From an uncultured Alphaproteobacteria bacterium (GTDB taxonomy: Bacteria > Pseudomonadota > Alphaproteobacteria > MPNO01 > DASWLB01): a stretch of 64,000 bases of DNA. The translations under genes and the position numbers were made by a program. The notes under the pieces were generated by a model that worked only from the letters and a program-made list of their open reading frames with translations, ran no database searches and had not been told where the DNA came from. Each line of letters begins with the position of its first letter. Position 1 is the stretch's first letter. The stretch lies in assembly GCA_963817535.1 (NCBI GenBank), contig CAWFOW010000011.1, positions 160,398 to 224,397 of the forward strand. Reading direction: 5' to 3'. Below are positions 44,691-53,424 of the stretch, piece after piece.

Positions 44691-45797
44691 ATGGTCGAGC
44701 TGATCAAGGATGGCGATGTCGGCGCGTTCGCCGATTTTGACAATCGCTATCTGCGCACGGATGACGGGCACGGGGTGCGCCGGACGGCGCTCGAGACCCT
44801 GCCGGTCATCGACGTCGCGCCGTTCGTGGCGGGCGGGACGGTTGCCGAGCGCCGGCGCGTGGCGGCTGAAATCCGCGCGGCCTGCGTGGATATCGGGTTT
44901 TTCTATATCACAGGCCACGGCATATCGCCGGCCGAGATGAATGCGTTCGAGGAGCAGGTCCGACGCTTCTTCGAGCAGCCGCTTGCCAAGAAAATGAAGA
45001 TCGAGTGCCGTCTCAGCCCGCACGAGCAGGGTTTCATGCGGGCCGGGGGGCGCGATCCCGAGAACAATCCCGACAAGGCCGGCGACGTCAAGGAGCGCCT
45101 GTTCATTTCGCGCGACGTGATTCCCGGCGAGCCAGAGGTCGGCCGCTACAACGCCGGCCACGCGCAATGGCCGGACGAGCGCGACCTTCCCGGTTTCCGT
45201 GCCTGCCTCGAGGACCAGATCGAAAAGCGCACCTCCCTGGCCCAGGCGCTGGCCCGTGCCCTCGCGCTCAGCCTCGGTCTCGAGGAGGACGAGCTCGACG
45301 CGCATTACCGCCATCCCGGCGCGACGCTGGCGCTCAACTACTACCCGCCGGTCCTGCCGGGTGAGCTCAAGGAGAACCAGTGGAGCTTCTCGCCCCACAC
45401 CGACTACGGCTCGTTCACCATTCTGCAGCAGGACGCGACCGGCGGGCTCGAGGTGCGCAACGCGGATGGCGAATGGATCGACGTACCGCCGATTCCCGGC
45501 ACGTTCGTGATCAATATCGGCGACCTGTTCGCCATGTCGACCAACGATCTCTACACCTCCAACCTGCATCGCGCGGTGAACTTCGCCGGCCGGGCGCGCG
45601 TGTCGGCCGCCTATTTCATCTCGCCGCAGGGCGCGGCCGAGATCGGCTGCCTGCGCACCTGCCACGGGCCGGACAACCCGCCGCGCCACACCCCGGTCAT
45701 CGCCGAGCCGTACCAGCGCGCGCTGGTGGCGCAATCGCACCGCACCGGGCGGCCGGGCATCGCGCTCCACACCGCCCAGCGGTTCGGCGCCCGGTGA
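44691..45797 (+). CDS. 2-oxoglutarate/Fe(II)-dependent oxygenase (isopenicillin-N-synthase-like family)
   Basis: ORF trimmed to ATG 44691. N-terminal DIOX_N-like region (LPVIDVAPF…IGFFYITGHGI). Facial triad HTD…H (FSPHTDYGSF … NLHRAVN) and an RxS motif (RVSAAYF). Confidence 0.85.
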   Translation: MVELIKDGDVGAFADFDNRYLRTDDGHGVRRTALETLPVIDVAPFVAGGTVAERRRVAAEIRAACVDIGFFYITGHGISPAEMNAFEEQVRRFFEQPLAKKMKIECRLSPHEQGFMRAGGRDPENNPDKAGDVKERLFISRDVIPGEPEVGRYNAGHAQWPDERDLPGFRACLEDQIEKRTSLAQALARALALSLGLEEDELDAHYRHPGATLALNYYPPVLPGELKENQWSFSPHTDYGSFTILQQDATGGLEVRNADGEWIDVPPIPGTFVINIGDLFAMSTNDLYTSNLHRAVNFAGRARVSAAYFISPQGAAEIGCLRTCHGPDNPPRHTPVIAEPYQRALVAQSHRTGRPGIALHTAQRFGAR

Positions 45798-45809
45798 CGG
45801 AGAACGGGC

Positions 45810-47078
45810 ATGGATGACGCGAAGGTCGCGGTCGCGCACGAGCCGCTCTCGGCGAAACTGTTCTGCTGGCACTTCATGGCGTATCCGTATCTGCCGGACG
45901 ATTTCGAGGAGCAATACGAAACCGGCTGGATCAAGGCGCCCAACGCGCTGTGGGACCGCGAGCGCGCGGCGGGCCTCTACCAGGAATATATCGACCAGCT
46001 CGCCTATGCCGACGAGCTCGGCTTCGACGGCGTCACGGTCAACGAGCATCACCAGACGATCTACGGGCTGATGCCGTCGCCCAACCTGATCGCCGCCGCG
46101 CTCGCCCAGCGCACCAAGAACGTCAAGATCGCGGTGATCGGGAATCTCCTGCCGCTTCGCTCCAACCCGATGCGGGTCGCGGAGGAGTACGCCATGCTCG
46201 ACAACATGACCGGCGGGCGGATGATCTGCGGCTTCGCGGTGGGGGCGGGGCAGGAGGCGTTCAACTACGACGTGCCGCAGCCCCAGGCGCGCACCCAGTT
46301 CTGGGAAGGCATTGACCTGATCGCCCGCGCCTGGACCGAGCCCGGCCCGTTCGCGCACGAGGGCCGCCACTACCCGCTGCGCTACGCCAATTGCTGGCCG
46401 CTGCCCGTGCAGCGCCCGCACCCGCCGATCTGGATTCCGGGCGGCAACAGCCGCGAGACCATCGTCGAGACCGCGCGGCGCGGCTACGCCTACTTCCTGT
46501 CGTCGCGCGCGCACGGCGCCGCGACCCGCGCCACGGTCGAACGCTTTTCGGAGGCCATCCGCTCGTTCGGCGGTACCTACCACCCATTCCGGTTCGGCGT
46601 GCTGATCTCGGTCCATGTCGGCGAGACGGACGAGAAGGCGCGCCAGGAATCGCGCGAGGGCATCTGGTACTTCCTCCAGAAGTGCCTGCATGGCCATCTG
46701 CGCCGCGCGGGGCGCTTCCTCACCGCCGGGCCGGGCGCCCCGTCGGTCTCGCCAGCCTCCTACGAGGCGGCGATCGGACGGTTCGGGTCGGGCGACGGCA
46801 AGATGCTCGGCGACGTCGCCGACTGGGACGAGCTCGAGAACTGGAACTCGATCATCGTCGGCAGCCCGAAGACGGTGCGCGATAAGCTCTGGGCGCTGAT
46901 CGAGCAGGCCGGCGTGGGAAACTTCCTGGTCCAGTTCCATTTCGGCAACATGCCGGACGCGGTGGTGCGCAACAGCATGCGCCTGTTCGCGACCGAGGTG
47001 GCACCCTACCTGCGCGCCGAGTCGGCCAAGCTGTTCGCCCGGCAATATCCCGAGCTCGCCGAGACGGAAGTGGCATGA
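45810..47078 (+). CDS. LLM-class flavin-dependent monooxygenase
   Basis: 422 aa with the luciferase-like pattern (…GFDGVTVNEHHQ…, …IAVIGNLLPL…). A flavin reductase gene lies two genes downstream. Confidence 0.85.
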   Translation: MDDAKVAVAHEPLSAKLFCWHFMAYPYLPDDFEEQYETGWIKAPNALWDRERAAGLYQEYIDQLAYADELGFDGVTVNEHHQTIYGLMPSPNLIAAALAQRTKNVKIAVIGNLLPLRSNPMRVAEEYAMLDNMTGGRMICGFAVGAGQEAFNYDVPQPQARTQFWEGIDLIARAWTEPGPFAHEGRHYPLRYANCWPLPVQRPHPPIWIPGGNSRETIVETARRGYAYFLSSRAHGAATRATVERFSEAIRSFGGTYHPFRFGVLISVHVGETDEKARQESREGIWYFLQKCLHGHLRRAGRFLTAGPGAPSVSPASYEAAIGRFGSGDGKMLGDVADWDELENWNSIIVGSPKTVRDKLWALIEQAGVGNFLVQFHFGNMPDAVVRNSMRLFATEVAPYLRAESAKLFARQYPELAETEVA

Positions 47079-47899
47079 CGGCCGCGCTGGTCACCCTGCC
47101 CGGCGGGCGCAAGATGGCCCTCGCTGAAATCGGCGAGGGTACGCCAATTCTCTACCTTCATGACTTCATCGACATCCACGGCGCGACGGACGAGTGGCAG
47201 GAGTTCCATCGCCGTCTTGCCACGCGCCACCGCGTCATCGCGCCCGCTCATGCGGGCTGCAACGGGTCCGACGAGGACGAGGATGCGATGGCGGTCGACG
47301 ATGCCGTCTTCCACGTCGTCGAGGCGATCGAGCAGCTCGGGCTCGACCGCGTCGCGGTGGTGGGGACCGGCATCGGCGGGTGGATCGCGGCGGAGCTCGC
47401 CGTGCGCACGCGCGGGCTGGTCGAGCGGCTGGTGCTGATCGGCGCCTGCGGGCTCTATATCCCCGGCGCGCCGATCGCCGACCTGTTCTACGAGGTGCAG
47501 CCGCTCAACGGCCGGCACACCGACGCGCTGCGCCGCATGCTGTTCGCCGCGTCCGACTCCGACGTCGCGCTCGAATGGGTGCCCCGCAAACGGCTGGCGC
47601 CCGAGCGCGACGTCATGCGCTATCGCATGTTCCGCTTCGCCCACCGTGTCGGATTCAACCCGCCCTACATGCACCATCGCCTGCTGCGCGGGCGGCTGCG
47701 CCATTATCGGGGCCCGGCCCTGGTGATGTGGGGCGAGGCCGACGGGCTGGTCCCGCCGTCTCATGGCAAGGCTTATGCCGAAGGGTTGCCCAATGCCCGG
47801 GCGCGCAGCTTCCCCGGCGCGGGACATAGCGTCCATATCGAGCGCGGCCGCGAGGTTGCGGACGAAATTCTCGCCTTCCTCGACGGCGCACCCGCGTAA
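47075..47899 (+). CDS. Alpha/beta-hydrolase-fold protein with Gly in place of the nucleophile Ser
   Basis: Overall alpha/beta-hydrolase pattern, with ATGA overlap to the LLM gene. The nucleophile elbow reads VVGTGIGGWIA (G-T-G-I-G; Gly codon GGC at 47369-47371). Asp (WGEADGLVP) and His (GAGHSVHIE) are retained. Confidence 0.8.
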   Translation: MTAALVTLPGGRKMALAEIGEGTPILYLHDFIDIHGATDEWQEFHRRLATRHRVIAPAHAGCNGSDEDEDAMAVDDAVFHVVEAIEQLGLDRVAVVGTGIGGWIAAELAVRTRGLVERLVLIGACGLYIPGAPIADLFYEVQPLNGRHTDALRRMLFAASDSDVALEWVPRKRLAPERDVMRYRMFRFAHRVGFNPPYMHHRLLRGRLRHYRGPALVMWGEADGLVPPSHGKAYAEGLPNARARSFPGAGHSVHIERGREVADEILAFLDGAPA

Positions 47900-47935
47900 A
47901 CGCGAACCCGAGCGGCCGAGGCCGAAGGAGAATCC

Positions 47936-48610
47936 ATGTTCTACGAGCCGGACAAGAACGACCACGGCCTGCCCTTCAACCCGTTCAAGTCGATCTGCGT
48001 GCCGCGCCCGATCGCGTGGGTGACGAGCCTCAGCCCCGACGGCGTGCTCAACCTCGCGCCGTTCAGCCAGTTCCAGAACCTGGCCTACGATCCGCCGCAC
48101 GTGATGTTCGCGCCGACCTCACGCAGCGACACGGCGCGCAACATCCACCGGACGGGCGAGTTCGTCATCAACATGGCGACCTATGATTTGCGTGAGCAGG
48201 TGAACATCACGGCGGGCGTCTACCCGCCGGAGGTCGACGAGGCGGCGCTCGCCGGGCTGGAGACGATCCCGTCGCGGCTGGTCCGCCCGCCGCGCGTGAA
48301 GCTGTCGCCGATTCAGCTCGAATGCCGGCTGCACAGCTTTCTAACCTTGCCGCAGCGCCTCGACGATAGCTGCCAGGACGTCATCATCGGGCGCGTCGTG
48401 GGCGTGCATATCGCCGATGACGCGCTGACGCCCGACGGACGCATCGACGTGGTGAAGATCCGCCCGCTCGCGCGGCTCGGCTATCTCGACTACACCAGCA
48501 TCGAGACGAGCTTCACCATGCCGCCGCCGGATGGGCCCAATGCCGCGCGCCAGCGCCGCGGGCTCGAAGGCCGGCCCGAGGAGAACGAAAAGGCCGACGC
48601 GGCGTCATGA
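47936..48610 (+). CDS. Flavin reductase family protein (FMN-binding split barrel)
   Basis: 224 aa. The flavin_reduct pattern (…PRPIAWVTSLSPDGVLNLAPFS…) is typical of partners for two-component monooxygenases. Confidence 0.8.
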   Translation: MFYEPDKNDHGLPFNPFKSICVPRPIAWVTSLSPDGVLNLAPFSQFQNLAYDPPHVMFAPTSRSDTARNIHRTGEFVINMATYDLREQVNITAGVYPPEVDEAALAGLETIPSRLVRPPRVKLSPIQLECRLHSFLTLPQRLDDSCQDVIIGRVVGVHIADDALTPDGRIDVVKIRPLARLGYLDYTSIETSFTMPPPDGPNAARQRRGLEGRPEENEKADAAS

Positions 48611-48623
48611 CGCCAAACTCGGT

Positions 48624-49097
48624 CTAACCGGCGGGCTCGGCGGGCTCGGGGGTAAGGCCGGCGGCGCGCACCCCCGCGATGGCGCAGGCTTCGTCCGCGT
48701 CGGGATCGTCGCCCGACGATCCGACCGCGCCGATGATGCGCCCCTCGCCGTCCTTGATCAGCACCCCGCCCGGGGTCGGCACCATGCGGCCCTGGGTCGC
48801 CACCATCAGCGACTGGATGAAGGCTGGCGCCTCTTCCGCGAGCTTCCCGATCACCCGGCTCGGCCGGTTCATCACCAGCGCCCCGAACGCCTTGCCGACT
48901 ACCACGTCGCAGCGGCGGATTCCGGTGCCGTCCTCGCGCTTGAATGCGACGAGATCACCGCCAGCATCGAGCACCGCAATGGTCATGGGGCGCAGGTTGC
49001 GCGCGCGGGCGTCGGCGAGCGCGGCGTCGACGATGGTCGCGCCGGTCGCGAGATCGATGCCGCGCGGTGTCGCCCGGGAAACCCGCTCCGGCGCCAT
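48624..49097 (-). CDS. GlcG/HbpS-like heme-binding protein (DUF336)
   Basis: 157 aa. Pattern …AVLDAGGDLVAFKREDG…, …GGVLIKDGEGRIIGAVGSSG…. Confidence 0.8.
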   Translation of the reverse strand: MAPERVSRATPRGIDLATGATIVDAALADARARNLRPMTIAVLDAGGDLVAFKREDGTGIRRCDVVVGKAFGALVMNRPSRVIGKLAEEAPAFIQSLMVATQGRMVPTPGGVLIKDGEGRIIGAVGSSGDDPDADEACAIAGVRAAGLTPEPAEPAG

Positions 49098-49098
49098 C

Positions 49099-49725
49099 TC
49101 AGTACAGCTCGTCGGGCAGGCGCTTGGCGTAGGCGGCGTCGAACCTGGCCGCCTCGATTTCGGGATCGCGTGCCGCCGCGAAATCCCCCAGGGTTGGCAC
49201 GTTCGCGGGACGCGGCGCCTTGCCCGCCTGCCACAGGTTGGAGCGGATCAGCGCCTTGGGGCAGTGCTGGAACGCCTGCTCGACCGAGACCACGATGACG
49301 GATGAGGGGGCCTTTCCCTTCACCGCGAAGCGCCGCCGCAGCGCCGGGTCGACGCTGATACGGGCCTTGCCGTTGACACGGTAGGTCTCGTTCGCGCCGG
49401 GCACGAAGAAGATCAGACCGACCTGCGGGTTCTCGATCAGGTTCTTGAGCCCGTCGGTGCGGTTGTTTCCGACGCGGTCGGGGACCATGAGAGTCTTGCC
49501 ATTCTCGTCCACCTGGACGAATCCCGGCGCGTCGCCCTTGGGCGAGCAGTCGAGCCCCTGCGCCCCGCCGGTGGCGAGCACCAGGAAGGGCGAAGCTGCG
49601 ATGAAGGCGCGGCCGTTCGCATCGACGTGATCGATCTCCTTTTCAATCACGCGCTGGGTCGGGCGCGCATAATGCGTCCCGAGCTCCGCCTTGCTCGTCA
49701 CGGTGAAGCTATCGGTTCCGTCCAT
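49099..49725 (-). CDS. Pyridoxamine 5'-phosphate oxidase-family FMN-binding protein
   Basis: 208 aa. PPOX-type pattern (…FIAASPFLVLAT…SPKGD…GFV…). One nucleotide separates it from the downstream GlcG-like gene. Confidence 0.75.
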   Translation of the reverse strand: MDGTDSFTVTSKAELGTHYARPTQRVIEKEIDHVDANGRAFIAASPFLVLATGGAQGLDCSPKGDAPGFVQVDENGKTLMVPDRVGNNRTDGLKNLIENPQVGLIFFVPGANETYRVNGKARISVDPALRRRFAVKGKAPSSVIVVSVEQAFQHCPKALIRSNLWQAGKAPRPANVPTLGDFAAARDPEIEAARFDAAYAKRLPDELY

Positions 49726-49872
49726 CGTTCCCGTCTCCCGCTAACGGCAAGCTTGCGCCTATGATAATGGGACTGGCGCCTGGACCGGTCAAATCGGGAT
49801 CGGGTCCGGCGACCGCCCGGTTGATCCGGCGCAGAAACCGGCGCAGCATCCTTACGCCAGCGGAGGGAGCCC

Positions 49873-51039
49873 ATGCAGCGCAACACCGACCGCATCCTTA
49901 CGACGCATACCGGCAGCCTGCCGCGTCCGGCGGAGATGGTCGATCTGCTGAGGCGGCGCGACCGCGGTGAGACGGTGGACGACGCGACCTTCGAAGCGGC
50001 GGCCGGGCGCGCGGTCGCCGAAACCGTGGCGCGCCAGGTCGCCATCGGCATCGACGTCGTCAATGACGGCGAGATGAGCAAGTCGTCCTACGCCACCTAC
50101 ATCCAGGAGCGGCTGTCGGGCTTCGGCCCGATCGACCCCGCCGAATGGCCGGTCGAGCGCAACCCCGAGCGCGCCGAGTTTCCCGAGTTCTACGGCCGAC
50201 CCGGGGCAGCGGCCGGCCCCGCGACGCGGCGCCTTCTCGCCTGCGTCGGGCCGGTGGCAATGCGCGACCGCGCGCCGCTGGAGCGCGACCTGGCGCGCCT
50301 GCGTAAGGCCGTCGACGCGTCGAAGCCGCACGCCGCCTTCGTCACCGCCGCATCGCCGGGCGTCGTCTCGCGCTTCCACCCGAATGTGCACTACGGGTCC
50401 AGCGCCGAGTTTCGTCGCGCGGTCGGCGCAGCCATGCGCGAGGAGTACGAGGCGATCGTCGCCGCGGGCTTTATCCTGCAGCTCGATTGCCCCGACCTGG
50501 CATCGGGCCGGCTGAGCGTGTTCGCCGATCTCACCGACGACGCGTTCGTCAAGGAATGCGCCGTAAGCATCGGGATTCTGAACGATGCGCTGGTCAACGT
50601 GCCGGCCGAGAAGGTGCGACTGCATCTGTGCTGGGGCAATTACGAAGGCCCCCACGTTCACGACGTCCCGCTCGAAAAGATCCTGCCCGAGGTGCTCAAG
50701 GCCAAGGCGCAGGTGATCTCGTTCGAGGGCGCCAACCCGCGTCACGCGCACGAGTGGGAGGTGTGGCGCCGGGTCGGCCTGCCCGAGGACCGCGTGCTGA
50801 TGCCCGGCGTCATCGATACGACCACGAACTTCGTCGAGCATCCCGAGCTGGTCGCCCAGCGCATCTGCACCTATGCCGACGTGGTGGGGCGCGAGCGTGT
50901 GATTGCCGCCACCGACTGCGGGTTCGAGACGTTCGCTGGTTATGGAGCGGTCGATTCCCGGATCGTCTACCGCAAGCTCGAGGCGATGGTCGAGGGCGCA
51001 CGCATCGCGACCCGTCGCCTCTGGCCAAAAGCGGCCTGA
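49873..51039 (+). CDS. Cobalamin-independent methionine synthase II family protein (MetE C-terminal-domain-like)
   Basis: 388 aa. Opens with …ILTTHTGSLPRP… and has a Meth_synt_2-like pattern including …HLCWGNYEGPH…. Confidence 0.8.
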   Translation: MQRNTDRILTTHTGSLPRPAEMVDLLRRRDRGETVDDATFEAAAGRAVAETVARQVAIGIDVVNDGEMSKSSYATYIQERLSGFGPIDPAEWPVERNPERAEFPEFYGRPGAAAGPATRRLLACVGPVAMRDRAPLERDLARLRKAVDASKPHAAFVTAASPGVVSRFHPNVHYGSSAEFRRAVGAAMREEYEAIVAAGFILQLDCPDLASGRLSVFADLTDDAFVKECAVSIGILNDALVNVPAEKVRLHLCWGNYEGPHVHDVPLEKILPEVLKAKAQVISFEGANPRHAHEWEVWRRVGLPEDRVLMPGVIDTTTNFVEHPELVAQRICTYADVVGRERVIAATDCGFETFAGYGAVDSRIVYRKLEAMVEGARIATRRLWPKAA

Positions 51040-51219
51040 TCGCCGGGTTCCGGGCGCGCCGCCGCCGGCAGGGCGATGTGGCGCGACCCGGCTCCGATCC
51101 GCTACTATCCGGCCGAATTCACGGGTTCCTAAGGGTTTCGGCCTGGGCGGCCCCGTCGTCTCCAAGTCCTGTAAGCGCGCCGCCCGGGCCGCGCCCCACC
51201 AAGGTGAGTTTTCCCGACG

Positions 51220-53409
51220 ATGCCCCACGATTCCCACGACCACCACCATCACGATCATGACCATCACCATCATCCGCGCGTTCGCTTCTCGGCCAGCGTC
51301 GATCACCTTGTGAACGAATACGGCGACAGCGCCCGCCTGACGGTCGCGCTGGGCGGCGAGGTGATGCACCGGGTGGGGCTGCACAGCGACGACGTGATCC
51401 GCATCGCCACCGAGCGCGGGCGCAGCCTGCTGGCGCGGGTCAACGGCGCGGTCGATGCCGAGACCGACCAGGGGCGCACGGTCGTCCGCATGGACCGGTT
51501 CATGCGCCAAGCGCTGAAGGCGCATCTGAACGAGGTGGTGGAGATCGAGCCGGCCGAGCTCGGCCCGGCGGCGAAGGTGGAGCTGATCCCGGCGATCGAC
51601 GTCTCGACCGCGCACGACCTGGTGCCGCATATCAAGTCCTACCTGGTCAAGAACCGCACGCCGCTCTCGATCGGCGCGGTGCTTTACGTCCCGTTCCCCG
51701 GCACCGAGGCGGGCACCACCTACGAGGTCGCGCATTTGCCCGACGGCGCGGGCTTCGCCGCCGAGGAGACCGAGGTCACGCTCGCCTATCACGACGCGCA
51801 CATTCCCGAGGGCGCGTTCGACGTGACGTTCGAGGATGTGGGCGGGCTGGGCCGCCAGGTGAAGCTGGTGCGCGAGCTGGTCCAGCTTCCGCTCAAGTTC
51901 CCGCACGTCTACCGCACGCTCGGCATCAACCCGCCGCGCGGCATCATCCTCTTCGGCCCGCCCGGCGCAGGAAAGACGCACCTCGCCCGCGCGGTCGCGA
52001 ACGAGGTGGAGGCGCGCTTCTACTACATCAACGGACCCGACATCATCGGCACCTATGCGGGCGAGACCGAAGGCAATCTGCGCCGCATCTTCGGCGAGGC
52101 ATCGCACCACGCGCCGTCGGTCGTGTTCATCGACGAGCTCGACGCGCTGGCGCCCAAGCGGGGCGAGACTGGTGCGCATGCCGACATCCGTGCCGTCACC
52201 CAGCTCCTCTCGCTGATGGACGGGCTGAAGCGCGTCGACTCGGTGATCGTCATCGCGACCTCGAACCGCGTCGACGCCGTCGATCCCGCCTTCCGGCGGC
52301 CCGGCCGGTTCGACCGCGAGATCTTCGTCGGCCCCCCGGACATCCCCGGGCGGCGCGAGATATTGGAGATCCATACGCGCGAGATGCCGCTGACCGATGC
52401 GGCGCAGGACTATCTCGACGAGGTGGCGCGGCGCACCCACGGCTTCGTCGGTGCCGACATGATGGAGCTCTGCCGCACGGCCGGCCTTAACGCGCTGCGC
52501 CGCTCGACCTTCGGGCTGCGCGACCATCTCGCGGCTTTCCGCGTCGACCTGCCGAGCCTGCGCGTCGACAAGGAGGATTTCGAGCTGGCGCTGGGCGAGG
52601 TTCACCCCTCGGCGATGCGCGAGACGCTGATCAGCGTGCCCGAGGTGAGCTGGCACGATGTCGGCGGGCTCGACGCGATCAAGGAGCGGCTGACCGACTT
52701 GGTGGAGCAGCCTTTGCGCCATGCGCAGGTCTTCGCCGAGGCTGGCCTCACGCCGCATACCGGCGTGCTGCTGCACGGCGCGCCGGGCAACGGCAAGACG
52801 CTGCTGGCGCAGGCGCTCGCCAATGAGTGCGGCATCAACTTCATCGCCGTCGAGGGGCCGGAGCTGTTCACCAAGTGGCTCGGCGAGTCGGAGGAGGCGG
52901 TCCGCCACGTCTTCCAGATCGCCCGCCAGGTGGCGCCGACGATCATCTTCTTCGACCAGCTCGACGCGATCGCACCGTTCCGCGGCGCACACGAGGGCTC
53001 CATGACCACTGAGCGCGTGGTGAACCAGCTCCTCGCCGAACTCGACGGGCTCGAGCAGCTCTCTCGCGTCATCGTGATCGGCGCGACCAACCGCAAGGAC
53101 CTGGTGGACCCGTCGATCCTGCGGCCCGGCCGGCTCGGCGTGCATGTCGAGGTGCCGCCGCCGGATGAGACGTCGCGGCGCGACATCCTGCGCCTCCATC
53201 TCGGCGGCGGCAGCGCGCCCCAGGGCAAGGATTTCGACGCGATCGTCGAGGCGCTCGCCGGCCAGACCGACGGCTATTCCGGCGCCGAGCTGCGCCAGCT
53301 CTGCGAGGAGACCAAGCGGCGGGCGCTCCGCGGCGTCGGCTTTGCCCGCGCGGCCGCGCCCACGCTCGCCGATGCTTTGGCGGCGCTCAAGACCGAGTCG
53401 CGTGAGTAG
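51220..53409 (+). CDS. Cdc48/p97/VAT-like double-AAA+ ATPase with His-rich N-terminal tail
   Basis: Tail MPHDSHDHHHHDHDHHHH followed by a Cdc48-N-like region. First ATPase domain (D1): Walker A GPPGAGKT, Walker B VVFIDELD, RRPGRFDRE. Second ATPase domain (D2): GAPGNGKT, IIFFDQLD, RPGRLGVH. Aromatic pore loops GTYAGETE and TKWLGESE. Confidence 0.9.
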   Translation: MPHDSHDHHHHDHDHHHHPRVRFSASVDHLVNEYGDSARLTVALGGEVMHRVGLHSDDVIRIATERGRSLLARVNGAVDAETDQGRTVVRMDRFMRQALKAHLNEVVEIEPAELGPAAKVELIPAIDVSTAHDLVPHIKSYLVKNRTPLSIGAVLYVPFPGTEAGTTYEVAHLPDGAGFAAEETEVTLAYHDAHIPEGAFDVTFEDVGGLGRQVKLVRELVQLPLKFPHVYRTLGINPPRGIILFGPPGAGKTHLARAVANEVEARFYYINGPDIIGTYAGETEGNLRRIFGEASHHAPSVVFIDELDALAPKRGETGAHADIRAVTQLLSLMDGLKRVDSVIVIATSNRVDAVDPAFRRPGRFDREIFVGPPDIPGRREILEIHTREMPLTDAAQDYLDEVARRTHGFVGADMMELCRTAGLNALRRSTFGLRDHLAAFRVDLPSLRVDKEDFELALGEVHPSAMRETLISVPEVSWHDVGGLDAIKERLTDLVEQPLRHAQVFAEAGLTPHTGVLLHGAPGNGKTLLAQALANECGINFIAVEGPELFTKWLGESEEAVRHVFQIARQVAPTIIFFDQLDAIAPFRGAHEGSMTTERVVNQLLAELDGLEQLSRVIVIGATNRKDLVDPSILRPGRLGVHVEVPPPDETSRRDILRLHLGGGSAPQGKDFDAIVEALAGQTDGYSGAELRQLCEETKRRALRGVGFARAAAPTLADALAALKTESRE

Positions 53410-53424
53410 CTGTCGCGGGCCCGG

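Noticed and set aside
44106-47045. 979-aa ORF on the minus strand
   Set aside because: It is antisense to four well-supported plus-strand genes (SnoaL-like, 2OG oxygenase, LLM, hydrolase). Its translation is dominated by Arg, Ala, Gly, Pro and Asp with no recognisable motif. This is the typical stop-codon-poor antisense frame of high-GC DNA.
49726-49872. Possible cobalamin or SAM riboswitch in the 147-nt leader of the MetE-like gene
   Set aside because: I could not recognise a B12-box-like or SAM-II-like core by eye. The only features present are a short direct repeat CCGGCGCAG-aaa-CCGGCGCAG (49827-49847) and weak stems. An Rfam covariance-model scan would be needed to exclude a riboswitch formally.
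51226-51273. His-rich tract as an engineered His-tag or cloning artefact
   Set aside because: The tract is interrupted by Asp and Ser (HDSHDHHHHDHDHHHH), uses mixed CAC/CAT codons, has no vector-like flanks, and sits in native genomic context. I treat it as genuine coding sequence.
49852-53199. 1115-aa ORF on the minus strand
   Set aside because: It is antisense to the MetE-like and Cdc48-like genes, both of which carry unambiguous motifs. Its composition is Arg/Ala/Gly/Asp-rich junk with no domain signature.
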